Shown here: positions 26,220 through 34,660 of the stretch, piece by piece
Position numbering within the stretch: position 1 is the stretch's first letter
Layout of the letters: each line of letters starts with the position of its first letter
DNA from: an uncultured Eubacteriales bacterium
GTDB lineage: Bacteria > Acidobacteriota > Aminicenantia > Aminicenantales > Aminicenantaceae
Assembly (NCBI GenBank): GCA_964429695.1
Contig: CAYSCS010000068.1
Coordinates: 15,352-79,351, forward strand
Direction: 5' to 3'
DNA: 64,000 bases
Program-made: the position numbers and the translations under genes
The notes under the pieces: model-generated
The model's database searches: none
Seen by the model: only the letters and a program-made list of their open reading frames with translations
Told to the model about the DNA's origin: nothing

Positions 26220-27197
26220 TTAGGGCATTCTTTTGGTGATGAACTTCCACAGATATTCCCTCGGGACACCTAAAAAACTTCTCCTCCATACTCTATCACA
26301 TTTTGAGCATGCTTTAAGGAGTTCTATCTGCCCCTCGGCAAGCCTCATCCTCAACTCAATCATCCTTTCCCCATTCCAGATCTTCTTCAGGGATTCATGC
26401 TTGACGTTTCCCAGAATGTAGGCACCAAAAAAATCCTGGGTGCAGGCAAGAACAGAACCATCCCAGAAGACGACAAGCGCATTCCAAGGGAATGGGCAGA
26501 GAGTATATTTCTTTCCCTTCTGCCTCTCTCCCAGGTGCCCGGCCCAGTTGTGCATTTCTTTGGTAACAAACTCATTGAGTGGCAACCCCTTGAAATTATT
26601 TAAAAATTTCTTCTTTTTCTCATCTAAATCTTTTTTCTTGGTAGGCCCAAAACTTATGACTTCAATGGCTGTAACAGGCTTCTTGGACTTTTTCTCTTTC
26701 TTCAACTCAAGGAAACGGATGATGTTTGAGACTGTCTTTTCGAAATCTCCACCCTGACGAATACGCTCATAAGTTTCTTTTTCATACCCATCAAAGGAAA
26801 AGCTCAAGCGGTCGAGACCCGAGCGAATCATTTCGTTCGAGAGCTCTGCATTTAAAAGAGACCCATTGGTGTGGAGGCGCGTAAACATTCCCCTTTTTTT
26901 TGCATAACAAATGGCCTCAATGAGACGGGAATAGAGGAGGGATTCTCCTCTGTGGGCAAGGTTAACCTCGAAGGCAAATTCTCTAGCTTCATCAATGATT
27001 TTTTTTAAAAGCTCAAATTCCATAAATCCTCTATCCTTCTTTTCGAGTTCCCGGTTGGGACACATGATACACCTGTAGTTACAAATGCTTGTTAATTCTA
27101 CCCAGAGTCTTAGAGGAAAGTAAGGGAGATTTTTTGATTTTTTCCAGTAATGGAAGGAAACTTCAACAAGCCTTAACCAGTAAAAAGAGGAGTCCAT
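26220..27197 (-). CDS. radical SAM protein with reduced SPASM/twitch-type C-terminal Cys domain
   Basis: CNYRCIMC (CxxxCxxC). C-terminal C-x12-G-x4-C (CPFPWNALVVFWDGSVLAC) followed only by CSKC, so 4 rather than 7 auxiliary Cys. Confidence 0.75.
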   Translation of the reverse strand: MDSSFYWLRLVEVSFHYWKKSKNLPYFPLRLWVELTSICNYRCIMCPNRELEKKDRGFMEFELLKKIIDEAREFAFEVNLAHRGESLLYSRLIEAICYAKKRGMFTRLHTNGSLLNAELSNEMIRSGLDRLSFSFDGYEKETYERIRQGGDFEKTVSNIIRFLELKKEKKSKKPVTAIEVISFGPTKKKDLDEKKKKFLNNFKGLPLNEFVTKEMHNWAGHLGERQKGKKYTLCPFPWNALVVFWDGSVLACTQDFFGAYILGNVKHESLKKIWNGERMIELRMRLAEGQIELLKACSKCDRVWRRSFLGVPREYLWKFITKRMP

Positions 27198-28432
27198 GCT
27201 CTTTTTTTCTCTTCAGAATTTTCGATATAAACCGCGCAAGCCATATCACCAATGATGTTGGTGGTTGTTCTGCACATATCAAGGAAGCGGTCTACTCCAA
27301 GAATGAGGGCGATACCTTCCAGGGGAATGCCGATCTGCTTGAGAACCATCGCTAAGGTTATAATCCCGGCTGCAGGTACCCCTGCAGCTCCCACTGAAGC
27401 CAGAGTTGCCATAAACACTATGGTAATCTGATCCGTGAGATGAAGAGGAATTCCATAAATTTGGGCGATGAAAACTGAGGCAACTCCCTGATAGAGAGCA
27501 GTCCCATCCATGTTGATAGTTGCTCCAAGAGGGATGATAAAACTCGAATACTCACGCTTCACTCCTATATATTCGACACATTCCATACTCACAGGAAGGG
27601 CTGCGTTTGAGCTTGAGGTGCTAAAGGCAATGATCATGGCTTCCTTTATGGCTTTGAAGAAGAGGAGAGGATTCGTCTTCCCCAGAAACCTTACTGAAAG
27701 GCTGTTAAAAGTGAAGGTATAGATGAGAAGCCCTCCCACCACGACAAGAGAATATTTGAGAAGCGTGAAGAGGATGTGAACTCCATACTGCCCGATGACA
27801 GCTGCAATCAAAGCAAGAACTCCGTAAGGTGCAAGCTTCATGGCGATGTGGACAACCTGGATGATGGCGTCATTCACGCCATCAAGAAAGTCTATGATGA
27901 TTTTAGATTTTTCCCTCTTAATCATGGTCAGGATTATCCCGAAAAGAAGGGCAAGGAAAATAACCTGGAGCATGTTACCCTCGACTAGAGCTTTTACAGG
28001 ATTTGTAGGTACTATGTCTACTAATACATCGATTGCAGAGGGCTTTTCCTCCAGAGTCTTGAGTCTCATTTGAGCCTTCGATTCATAATTCTTATAGAGC
28101 TCTGCTCTGACATTTTCATTGAGACCCGCTCCTGGTTTTACGAGATTAGCCAGAATAAGTCCCACCGAAATGGCAAGCATCGTAGTAACCATGAAATAGA
28201 TTATTGCTTTTATCCCTATTCGTCCAAGCTTCCTTAAATCACCGAGGCTTGCTGTGCCCAGCATGAGTGAGACAAACACAAGCGGAACTACAATCATGGT
28301 AATCAACCGAATGAAGATGGTTCCCACCGGCTCTATCAGAGAGGCCTTTTCCCTGAAGACAAGACCGGTAGCAATTCCCAGGATTAAACCAATGAAGATT
28401 CTTGTATGGAGTTTAATCCTTATCTTTTTCAT
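27173..28432 (-). CDS. dicarboxylate/amino acid:cation symporter (DAACS/GltP family)
   Basis: Multi-TM protein with family motif AFSTSSSNAALP and GIPLEGIALILGVDR. Its 3' end overlaps the rSAM start by 25 nt. Confidence 0.85.
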   Translation of the reverse strand: MKKIRIKLHTRIFIGLILGIATGLVFREKASLIEPVGTIFIRLITMIVVPLVFVSLMLGTASLGDLRKLGRIGIKAIIYFMVTTMLAISVGLILANLVKPGAGLNENVRAELYKNYESKAQMRLKTLEEKPSAIDVLVDIVPTNPVKALVEGNMLQVIFLALLFGIILTMIKREKSKIIIDFLDGVNDAIIQVVHIAMKLAPYGVLALIAAVIGQYGVHILFTLLKYSLVVVGGLLIYTFTFNSLSVRFLGKTNPLLFFKAIKEAMIIAFSTSSSNAALPVSMECVEYIGVKREYSSFIIPLGATINMDGTALYQGVASVFIAQIYGIPLHLTDQITIVFMATLASVGAAGVPAAGIITLAMVLKQIGIPLEGIALILGVDRFLDMCRTTTNIIGDMACAVYIENSEEKKRAWTPLFTG

Positions 28433-28471
28433 CTTTCCTTAAAACCAGGTCATGAAAAAACGTTAGTGTTT

Positions 28472-28500
28472 ATGATATTGAGCTTAAAAGCCGAAGTCAA
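28472..28500 (-). promoter_or_regulatory. predicted sigma-70-type promoter (TTGACT / 17 nt / TATCAT) for the DAACS-rSAM unit
   Basis: Reverse complement reads TTGACTtcggcttttaagctcaaTATCAT. The -35 lies in a small palindrome, AGTCAAtttTTGACT. Confidence 0.45.
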
Positions 28501-28514
28501 TTTTTGACTAAGGC

Positions 28515-29465
28515 TCAGTACCAGTCAGGAAAGATATCGTTCCCCGGGGAGTCGAAAAGAAGTCGAGCTTCCCTACTTTGAAGGTCAAAAATGAAAAGTT
28601 TCCAGTCTCCGTTATGATCACGCTGAGAGGAAGAGTTGAAAGCGATATTCTTTCCATCGGGGGAGAAACAGGGAAAATAATCATAGGTCTTATCCCAGAA
28701 AGTGAGCCTTGTTTTCTCACTCCCATCATGATTCATTATCCAGATGTCGCCCTTCCCATCAGCGCTGGAGTCTACATAAACAAGTTTTTTCCCGTCCCTT
28801 GAGAAACGAGCCCTGCATCCCTTTCCCCCCTCAGTCAAAAATTCTGACTTCCTCTTCTCCAGATCATAGAGCGCTACATCCCAGCCGATTGTCCTTTTTG
28901 CGGTGAATGTAAGGAGCGGTGCTGAAGGAGAAATATGGGGAATAGCGTTATTCCTTGAGAAATCGGAGATCACCTTCTTTATTTCTCCCGTAGAAAGAGA
29001 GACTTCGAAAATGTCTATTTCCTCTCTCAAGAATTTTTTTAAATGTCTTGAAAAGGCGATTCTCTTTCCATCAGGAAACCAACAGGGAGATTTTTCATCA
29101 GAAGACAAGGAAGTCGCCGCTTTTATTCCTCCGCTTTCAAGATCGAGGACAAAGATATCGTAATTTCCTTTCGGGTTTGCGGAAAAGGCAATTCTCTTCC
29201 CTTCAGGTGACCAGACAGGGTACTCATCCTCCCAGGTGTTATCGGTCAATTTCTTCAGATTCTTCCCTTCGATGAGATAAATTTCATTGTCCCCATCAAA
29301 GTTACTCTGAAAAATAATTTTTCCTTCTATAAGAAATCTGGGGGTAAAACTCTGTTTGTTATCTTCTTCTGCAATTAAATTCCCTCCTCCCTTACATGTT
29401 CCAAGAAAAAAGAGGAAGAAAAGAGAAAATAGAAAAGTCTTTGACTTCATTTCCTCCTCATTCAA
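28515..29465 (-). CDS. periplasmic TolB-like PD40/WD40-like beta-propeller protein
   Basis: Signal peptide, then repeated PD40 motifs (YPVWSPEGKRIAFSA, SPCWFPDGKRIAFSR, FPCFSPDGKNIAF). Overlaps the upstream sulfatase-fold gene by 8 nt. Confidence 0.75.
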   Translation of the reverse strand: MNEEEMKSKTFLFSLFFLFFLGTCKGGGNLIAEEDNKQSFTPRFLIEGKIIFQSNFDGDNEIYLIEGKNLKKLTDNTWEDEYPVWSPEGKRIAFSANPKGNYDIFVLDLESGGIKAATSLSSDEKSPCWFPDGKRIAFSRHLKKFLREEIDIFEVSLSTGEIKKVISDFSRNNAIPHISPSAPLLTFTAKRTIGWDVALYDLEKRKSEFLTEGGKGCRARFSRDGKKLVYVDSSADGKGDIWIMNHDGSEKTRLTFWDKTYDYFPCFSPDGKNIAFNSSSQRDHNGDWKLFIFDLQSREARLLFDSPGNDIFPDWY

Positions 29466-30798
29466 TGTAACCTAAGGCCCTGAGTCTTTCTAACTCTTTC
29501 TCTGATAGATTGGGTTTAGCATCCTTCTGATCTACTCTTAAGTAACCATACTGGTTAAAGAACTCGATATATCTTTTTTCCATTTCCTTTTGAATATGCT
29601 CTTTTTCCGCAGAAATATCTTTTCTTTCTAAAGGGTCCTTATAAATGTCGAATAAATAATTTTTTTTCAGGTTCAATTGATTCAAGAGCGGAGAGTCAAC
29701 CTTTACCAGATGGTAATTATTATAAACTACAGACCATGTTCCTAAGTGACCCTTGATGAAAAGGAATCTATTCTTTTTTCCTTCAAATAGATTTATCCCT
29801 TGAATTTCATAAGGAATGGAAAGCCCTGCTTCTGCAAGAAGAGTAGGGTAGATATCCATGAGGCTCACTGGGTATTTTATTCGCTTTGGCTTTCTTTTCG
29901 GCGAGTAGAATATCAATGGCACCCGCACGCTGGAATTGAAGGTAAGAGGACCGTGGTTGTAGAAGAAATTATATTCTCCTAGCTCCTCTCCATGATCTGA
30001 ACTAATGATGAACAGAGAATTTTTGTCATATTGTTTTTCAAAAAAGAGGTCCACAATTTTTTTTAATTCAGAGTCGATGTATTTTATGGCTCCATCGTAG
30101 AGAGCCAGAAAATAACCTTCTTTTGTCTTCTCATCAATATATTTTCTATGACTAGCAATTATCTTTTCTTTTACCTCCATGATGACTCTTCCTTCGGGTC
30201 TCTTTTCGACAAACTCTCGGGGAGGAAGATAAGGAGAATGTGGTTCAATGTAATGGACCCAGAGAAAGAAGGGATTAGACTTGGTTTCACTTAAAAATTT
30301 TAAGATGTTCTTGGTGATGAATGGAGTCGACTCTCTCTTCTCTTCTGTCTTTTCCCATACTTGAAGATAATCATCAAAACCCTGATTGAATTTGAATTTT
30401 TCAGATAAATTGGGATTATCAACTATGGCATAATTATAATAACCTCTGAGTTTCAGAGCTTCAGCAAGGGTAATAAATTTTTCTTTGAGAAAATCTCTAT
30501 TGGGTCTGGTCTTATGGACGAAAGGGTGCAGCCCTGTCATCATGGAAGCAATGGAAGCGGAAGTTTTAGGTATAGGAGCATAGGCATATTCGAAGACTAC
30601 GGTTTTTTTCGCGAATTCATCGAGATGAGGCGTTGTTTGGTAAGGGTAGCCATAGAGAGAGATGTGGTCTGCTCTTAAAGCATCTATCGTAACTAATATT
30701 ATGTTAGGCAGTTCTTTCTTTTCTCTGAAGTTTTTACAAGATTTGATAAAAATAAATGAAAAAAAGAAAAGAAAAATTAAATAACCTCTCTTTTTCAC
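29458..30798 (-). CDS. membrane-anchored sulfatase-fold (alkaline-phosphatase superfamily) protein with Thr at the nucleophile position
   Basis: LVTIDALRADH. T79-SASIASMMTG aligns with C-x-P-S-R-x-x-L-x-T-G. SSDHGEEL is present. C-terminus is LRALGYIE. GTG start. Confidence 0.75.
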   Translation of the reverse strand: MKKRGYLIFLFFFSFIFIKSCKNFREKKELPNIILVTIDALRADHISLYGYPYQTTPHLDEFAKKTVVFEYAYAPIPKTSASIASMMTGLHPFVHKTRPNRDFLKEKFITLAEALKLRGYYNYAIVDNPNLSEKFKFNQGFDDYLQVWEKTEEKRESTPFITKNILKFLSETKSNPFFLWVHYIEPHSPYLPPREFVEKRPEGRVIMEVKEKIIASHRKYIDEKTKEGYFLALYDGAIKYIDSELKKIVDLFFEKQYDKNSLFIISSDHGEELGEYNFFYNHGPLTFNSSVRVPLIFYSPKRKPKRIKYPVSLMDIYPTLLAEAGLSIPYEIQGINLFEGKKNRFLFIKGHLGTWSVVYNNYHLVKVDSPLLNQLNLKKNYLFDIYKDPLERKDISAEKEHIQKEMEKRYIEFFNQYGYLRVDQKDAKPNLSEKELERLRALGYIE

Positions 30799-30804
30799 CC
30801 TGCT

Positions 30805-30833
30805 TATTTAACATTTTGAGCCCCCAAAGTCAA
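30805..30833 (-). promoter_or_regulatory. predicted sigma-70-type promoter (TTGACT / 17 nt / TGtTAAATA) only 6 nt from the GTG start of 29458-30798
   Basis: Reverse complement reads TTGACTttgggggctcaaaatgtTAAATA. No SD fits between the -10 and the start codon. Confidence 0.4.
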
Positions 30834-31143
30834 ACAAATCCTTTAGAATTTCCCTTTATGGAGATATTTCTCAATTCTCGAGTTTTGAAATGCTTACTGG
30901 AATTTTATCTCTTTAATTCAAAACCAAAGCTAACACTTTTTAAGAATTTTTAATTTTTCCCCATCTGCACATAAAATTTTCTTTAAAACCCACCCTCCTT
31001 AGGAGAGAAAGAAGAAAAGGTAAAAAATATTATCTTTTAAGTATATTAAACCCTTTTTACATCCTTCCTTTGAAAAAAAAAGTCGACTTTTCTTTAAATT
31101 TTAATTGGCATCTATTTCTTCTCTTCCTAAGTTGATTTTCTGT

Positions 31144-31172
31144 TTTACTTACTTAAGCGCATTAGCTATAAT
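31144..31172 (+). promoter_or_regulatory. predicted sigma-70-type promoter (TTTACT / 17 nt / TATAAT) 8 nt from ATG 31181
   Basis: Perfect TATAAT at 31167-31172; -35 matches 4 of 6; no SD before the ATG. Confidence 0.4.
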
Positions 31173-31180
31173 TTAAAAAA

Positions 31181-33085
31181 ATGAGCAAAGCAAAATTTCA
31201 CTTTCATGTCATTGCCTTCGGCATCTTAATATTATTTTTAGTTTTAATCTCCACAATCATAAAAATAAATTTATTTTCTTTTAGAAAGAACAAATCCTTT
31301 ATTGAAAAAAAAGAAATCATCCCCATTGTAAAAAAGCCTTTTGATATTTTTAAAACTCATCCATTTTTTTTTGCCATTAACAATTATTATTTAGACTTTT
31401 CTGAACTTCAAAATCAATTAACCTGGAAATTGGATGAAAACTTAGAAGGAGGATTGAATTTTGAGCTGATAATATATGTCAATAAAGAAAATGGAAAGGG
31501 AACTCTGCCAAGATTAACTACTTTTTCCTTATTTCAAAAAAATGGATATAAAGAAGAAATATTATTTCAAAAAGATATTTCTGAATTTCAATTCAAAGAG
31601 CATAAAAAATATTTTTATTTTAAAAAAAAAGTAAAGATCTTTAATAAATTTAAAGAAGGCTCTCTTCTTTGTTTTAAGTTTAATTTCCTACCTGAATATG
31701 AAAACAAACAGATTCTTTATGGAATAACGATTCCCCAAATTGAAAATTCTAATCTTATCAATGGATTATCTGAAAAAAACCCCAATCTTCTAATTTTATC
31801 CATAGATACCCTGCGTTCTGATTTCATGGGGGTTTATAAAGCTCTATCCGGGGAATCTTTCGAATTTAGCTTCTCTCCAAATCTGGATTACTTTGCACAA
31901 AGCGCAGTCCTCTTTAAAAATGCCTATACGCCCCTTTCCGCCACCTGGCCAGCGTTGGCTTCCCTGTTCACCTCGAAGTATCCCTTTGAGCATGGCATCA
32001 TGTACAATCGAGAGCAGCTCTCATCCTATTTTGATACGATTGCAACCCATATGCTTAATTTGGGATATTCCTCTTTATCTCTCCACGGGAATGCCTTTGG
32101 TCTGATGATTCCGGGAATTGAAGAGAAATATGAGTTTTTTAACGATGACGTTGAATTGATTAAAGCTGCCATTCGCTTCCTCGAAAGAGACTCCCATCTT
32201 CCTTTTTTCCACTGGTATCATTTTGTAGGAGTTCACGCACCATACACTCCTCCCAAATGGGTGATGCCCATCATTGCCCGGGGGAAACAGTATCGTCAAT
32301 ATAAACTATCTTCAATCATGAAAGGTGAAGCTCAGGTAACGCCAGAAGACCTGGAGTATATAAGAATGCTCTATGCGGGGGAGCTTTATAACCTAGACAT
32401 GGAGTTGAAAAAGATATTTGATTTCTTGAAGATAAATAATCTATGGGATAATTCTTTGATTATTGTCACCTCTGACCATGGTGAAGACCTCTATCAGCAT
32501 CATAATCACTTCTATCACTATCCTTCTTTGTATAATACCTCTTTGAAAATTCCTCTCATGATTAAATTTCCTTTTCAAAGAAAACAGATTGTCATCAAGG
32601 AACCAGTTTCTCTTCTTGACCTTTTCCCTACCATAGCCAAATATTTTTCGAATGATAAACTCAAACACTACAGAGATTCAGATTTTTCAGGTCTTTCTCT
32701 GTTACCACTTCTCAAAGGAAACAAAAAAGGATTCAAAAAGAGGAATATTTTTGCTGGAGTCGAGGAATACAAAATTCTCTCTCTCTTGCATAAAGACTTG
32801 AAGGTAGTTTTTAATCCTAAAAAATTGATCCCTTTAAATCTTGTCTCCATGCCTTATCCTTATGAAGAAATAGAACTCTACAATTTGGAGAAAGACTCAC
32901 TTGAAGAAAAAAATATTTACCCCAATAATGTGAGCTTAGCCCGAGAATTAATCAAACAAATTGAGGCATTCAGGAAAGAGCATATGGATAAAAAGAAAAT
33001 TCAACCGGCTTATTTTATAAAGACCTCTAAAGATATATCCGAGACTATCCTGGAAAGACTGAGAACCCTTGGATATATAAAATAA
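31181..33085 (+). CDS. membrane-anchored sulfatase-fold (alkaline-phosphatase superfamily) protein with Thr at the nucleophile position
   Basis: N-terminal TM. A ~160-aa K/F-rich spacer domain follows. ILSIDTLRSDF. T255-WPALASLFTS aligns with the sulfatase signature. TSDHGEDL is present. C-terminus is LRTLGYIK. Confidence 0.75.
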   Translation: MSKAKFHFHVIAFGILILFLVLISTIIKINLFSFRKNKSFIEKKEIIPIVKKPFDIFKTHPFFFAINNYYLDFSELQNQLTWKLDENLEGGLNFELIIYVNKENGKGTLPRLTTFSLFQKNGYKEEILFQKDISEFQFKEHKKYFYFKKKVKIFNKFKEGSLLCFKFNFLPEYENKQILYGITIPQIENSNLINGLSEKNPNLLILSIDTLRSDFMGVYKALSGESFEFSFSPNLDYFAQSAVLFKNAYTPLSATWPALASLFTSKYPFEHGIMYNREQLSSYFDTIATHMLNLGYSSLSLHGNAFGLMIPGIEEKYEFFNDDVELIKAAIRFLERDSHLPFFHWYHFVGVHAPYTPPKWVMPIIARGKQYRQYKLSSIMKGEAQVTPEDLEYIRMLYAGELYNLDMELKKIFDFLKINNLWDNSLIIVTSDHGEDLYQHHNHFYHYPSLYNTSLKIPLMIKFPFQRKQIVIKEPVSLLDLFPTIAKYFSNDKLKHYRDSDFSGLSLLPLLKGNKKGFKKRNIFAGVEEYKILSLLHKDLKVVFNPKKLIPLNLVSMPYPYEEIELYNLEKDSLEEKNIYPNNVSLARELIKQIEAFRKEHMDKKKIQPAYFIKTSKDISETILERLRTLGYIK

Positions 33086-33111
33086 ATATCCTCATATTTT
33101 AAAATAAGAAT

Positions 33112-34506
33112 ATGCAAAAAAGAATCACAAGAAGAGATTTCATAATCAAAACATCGCACCTCTTAGGCCTCTCAGGGTTAACAGGGAGTGGAACATTTTT
33201 TCAAAGCTGTAAATTAAAAAAAGAATTCACAATTCTTATAAAAAATGCTCAAGTCGTTGACATATTGAAAAACAAATTAATTTTTACAGATATTGGGATA
33301 ACCGGCAATATCATCAAAACTATGGGAAAGATATCAGAATCGAGAGCAGAAGTTGTAATCGAAGCTAAAGGTAAATTCATTATTCCTGGATTAATCGACA
33401 TGCACGTTCATTTTACTGATCAAGCTTTTTCAGAACTTTTCCTTTCAAATGGAGTGACGAGCGTCAGAGATTTAGGAAATGAAACCTCTTTCATCCTTTC
33501 ATTAAGGGATAAAATAAATTCAGGAAAACTTGAAGGGCCGAGCATCTATGCCTCAGGCCCTATCATTAACAACAGAAAGATTCCCTACGGAGCCAGTTTC
33601 TATACCATAGTGGTGAAAAATGAAGAGGAAGCGAGAAGGGTTATCCGGAGCCTAGCTGAGAAAAAGGTCGATTGGATAAAAATCTACATGACTCTACCAG
33701 GAAAACTGGTGAGAACAATAATTATGGAAGCCCAAAAAAATAATTTGCCTGTTGCTGGTCATCTGCGAAAAACAGATGCCAGGTTCGCTGCCAAATGCGG
33801 GATAAAGACCTTAGAACATACAACAGGAATAGCAGAGGCTCTTCTTGGGAAAAAAGACTTCGTTGATGCCCCACCTCTTCAGACCATATCAGATAGAGTC
33901 TGGCTTCATGTTGATAAAACGAAATATAATAGCCTGATTGAACTCTTGGTCAAAAAGGAAGTTTATATTCTTGCTAATCTCACTGTCTTTGAAATACTAG
34001 CCTCACCTCCAGAAAAGATTAAAGATGTTTCTGACGTTAAATTGATGCCCCCACATTTCATCAAGAAATGGAAAAACTTTATCTATTATCGAAAGAAAAA
34101 TCCAGAAAACTGGAAGATGACAAAAAATAGGATTGAAGAATTTTTACTCCTCTTCAAGAATAAAGGGGGGAAAATCCTGGCCGGGACTGATACTCCATGG
34201 CCCCTCCTTATTCCAGGAATATCGCTTCATAGAGAATTAGAATTATTAGTTGAGGCTGGATTATCTTCACAGGAAGCGCTTTTAGCTGCAACTTTTTATC
34301 CTGCTGAGGCTCTGGGACAGATGAAAAACATAGGAACAATCGAAGAGGGAAAAAGGGCCGATTTAATAATTCTCAAAAAAAATCCTCTTCACAACATAAG
34401 TAATACTAAGAATATAGAAATCACTATCAAGGATGGAAAAATTATTCATAGAAAAGAACAATTGCCTAGAATTCCCAACCGATATATGCCTTCTTATTTC
34501 AAATAA
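33112..34506 (+). CDS. periplasmic amidohydrolase-superfamily metallohydrolase with Tat-type signal
   Basis: Twin-arginine motif ITRRDFIIKT. Metal motif PGLIDMHVHF. C-terminal GTIEEGKRADLIIL is typical of the amidohydrolase fold. Confidence 0.75.
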   Translation: MQKRITRRDFIIKTSHLLGLSGLTGSGTFFQSCKLKKEFTILIKNAQVVDILKNKLIFTDIGITGNIIKTMGKISESRAEVVIEAKGKFIIPGLIDMHVHFTDQAFSELFLSNGVTSVRDLGNETSFILSLRDKINSGKLEGPSIYASGPIINNRKIPYGASFYTIVVKNEEEARRVIRSLAEKKVDWIKIYMTLPGKLVRTIIMEAQKNNLPVAGHLRKTDARFAAKCGIKTLEHTTGIAEALLGKKDFVDAPPLQTISDRVWLHVDKTKYNSLIELLVKKEVYILANLTVFEILASPPEKIKDVSDVKLMPPHFIKKWKNFIYYRKKNPENWKMTKNRIEEFLLLFKNKGGKILAGTDTPWPLLIPGISLHRELELLVEAGLSSQEALLAATFYPAEALGQMKNIGTIEEGKRADLIILKKNPLHNISNTKNIEITIKDGKIIHRKEQLPRIPNRYMPSYFK

Positions 34507-34600
34507 TTAAAGCAAACAATAATTTGGTGCTAATAACCTCGGAAGAGCCTAAATCTAATAAAGAGAGTAAAAATAATTCTCACAAGGGGAAAAAGTCACA

Positions 34601-34629
34601 TTGACAAGAATAATTTGTTTGGATAATAT
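34601..34629 (+). promoter_or_regulatory. predicted sigma-70-type promoter (TTGACA / 17 nt / TAATAT) for the second propeller-BACON gene
   Basis: -35 at 34601-34606 and -10 at 34624-34629, read directly. Confidence 0.5.
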
Positions 34630-34660
34630 ACGTCCTAAATTTTGAATGGAGGTCAAGAAA

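Noticed and set aside
26220-27197. The radical SAM/SPASM protein as an anaerobic sulfatase-maturating enzyme (anSME) for the neighbouring 'sulfatases'.
   Set aside because: anSMEs oxidise a Cys/Ser in C/S-x-P-x-R. All three neighbouring sulfatase-fold proteins have Thr at that position and no Arg at +4. The rSAM also lacks the full 7-Cys SPASM set that anSMEs carry.
26194-28514. A RiPP cluster (a small precursor peptide next to the rSAM).
   Set aside because: The rSAM is flanked by a convergent SDR gene 26 nt away and by an overlapping transporter gene. There is no room for, or sign of, a short Cys/Gly-rich precursor ORF, peptidase or RiPP recognition element.
31106-31122. Sigma-54 promoters, since rpoN is encoded here. 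TGGCAT occurs at 31106-31111 and at 17367-17372.
   Set aside because: Neither is followed at the correct spacing by a TTGC(A/T) -12 element. The downstream bases read TCTTC and ATTAC, with no GC dinucleotide.
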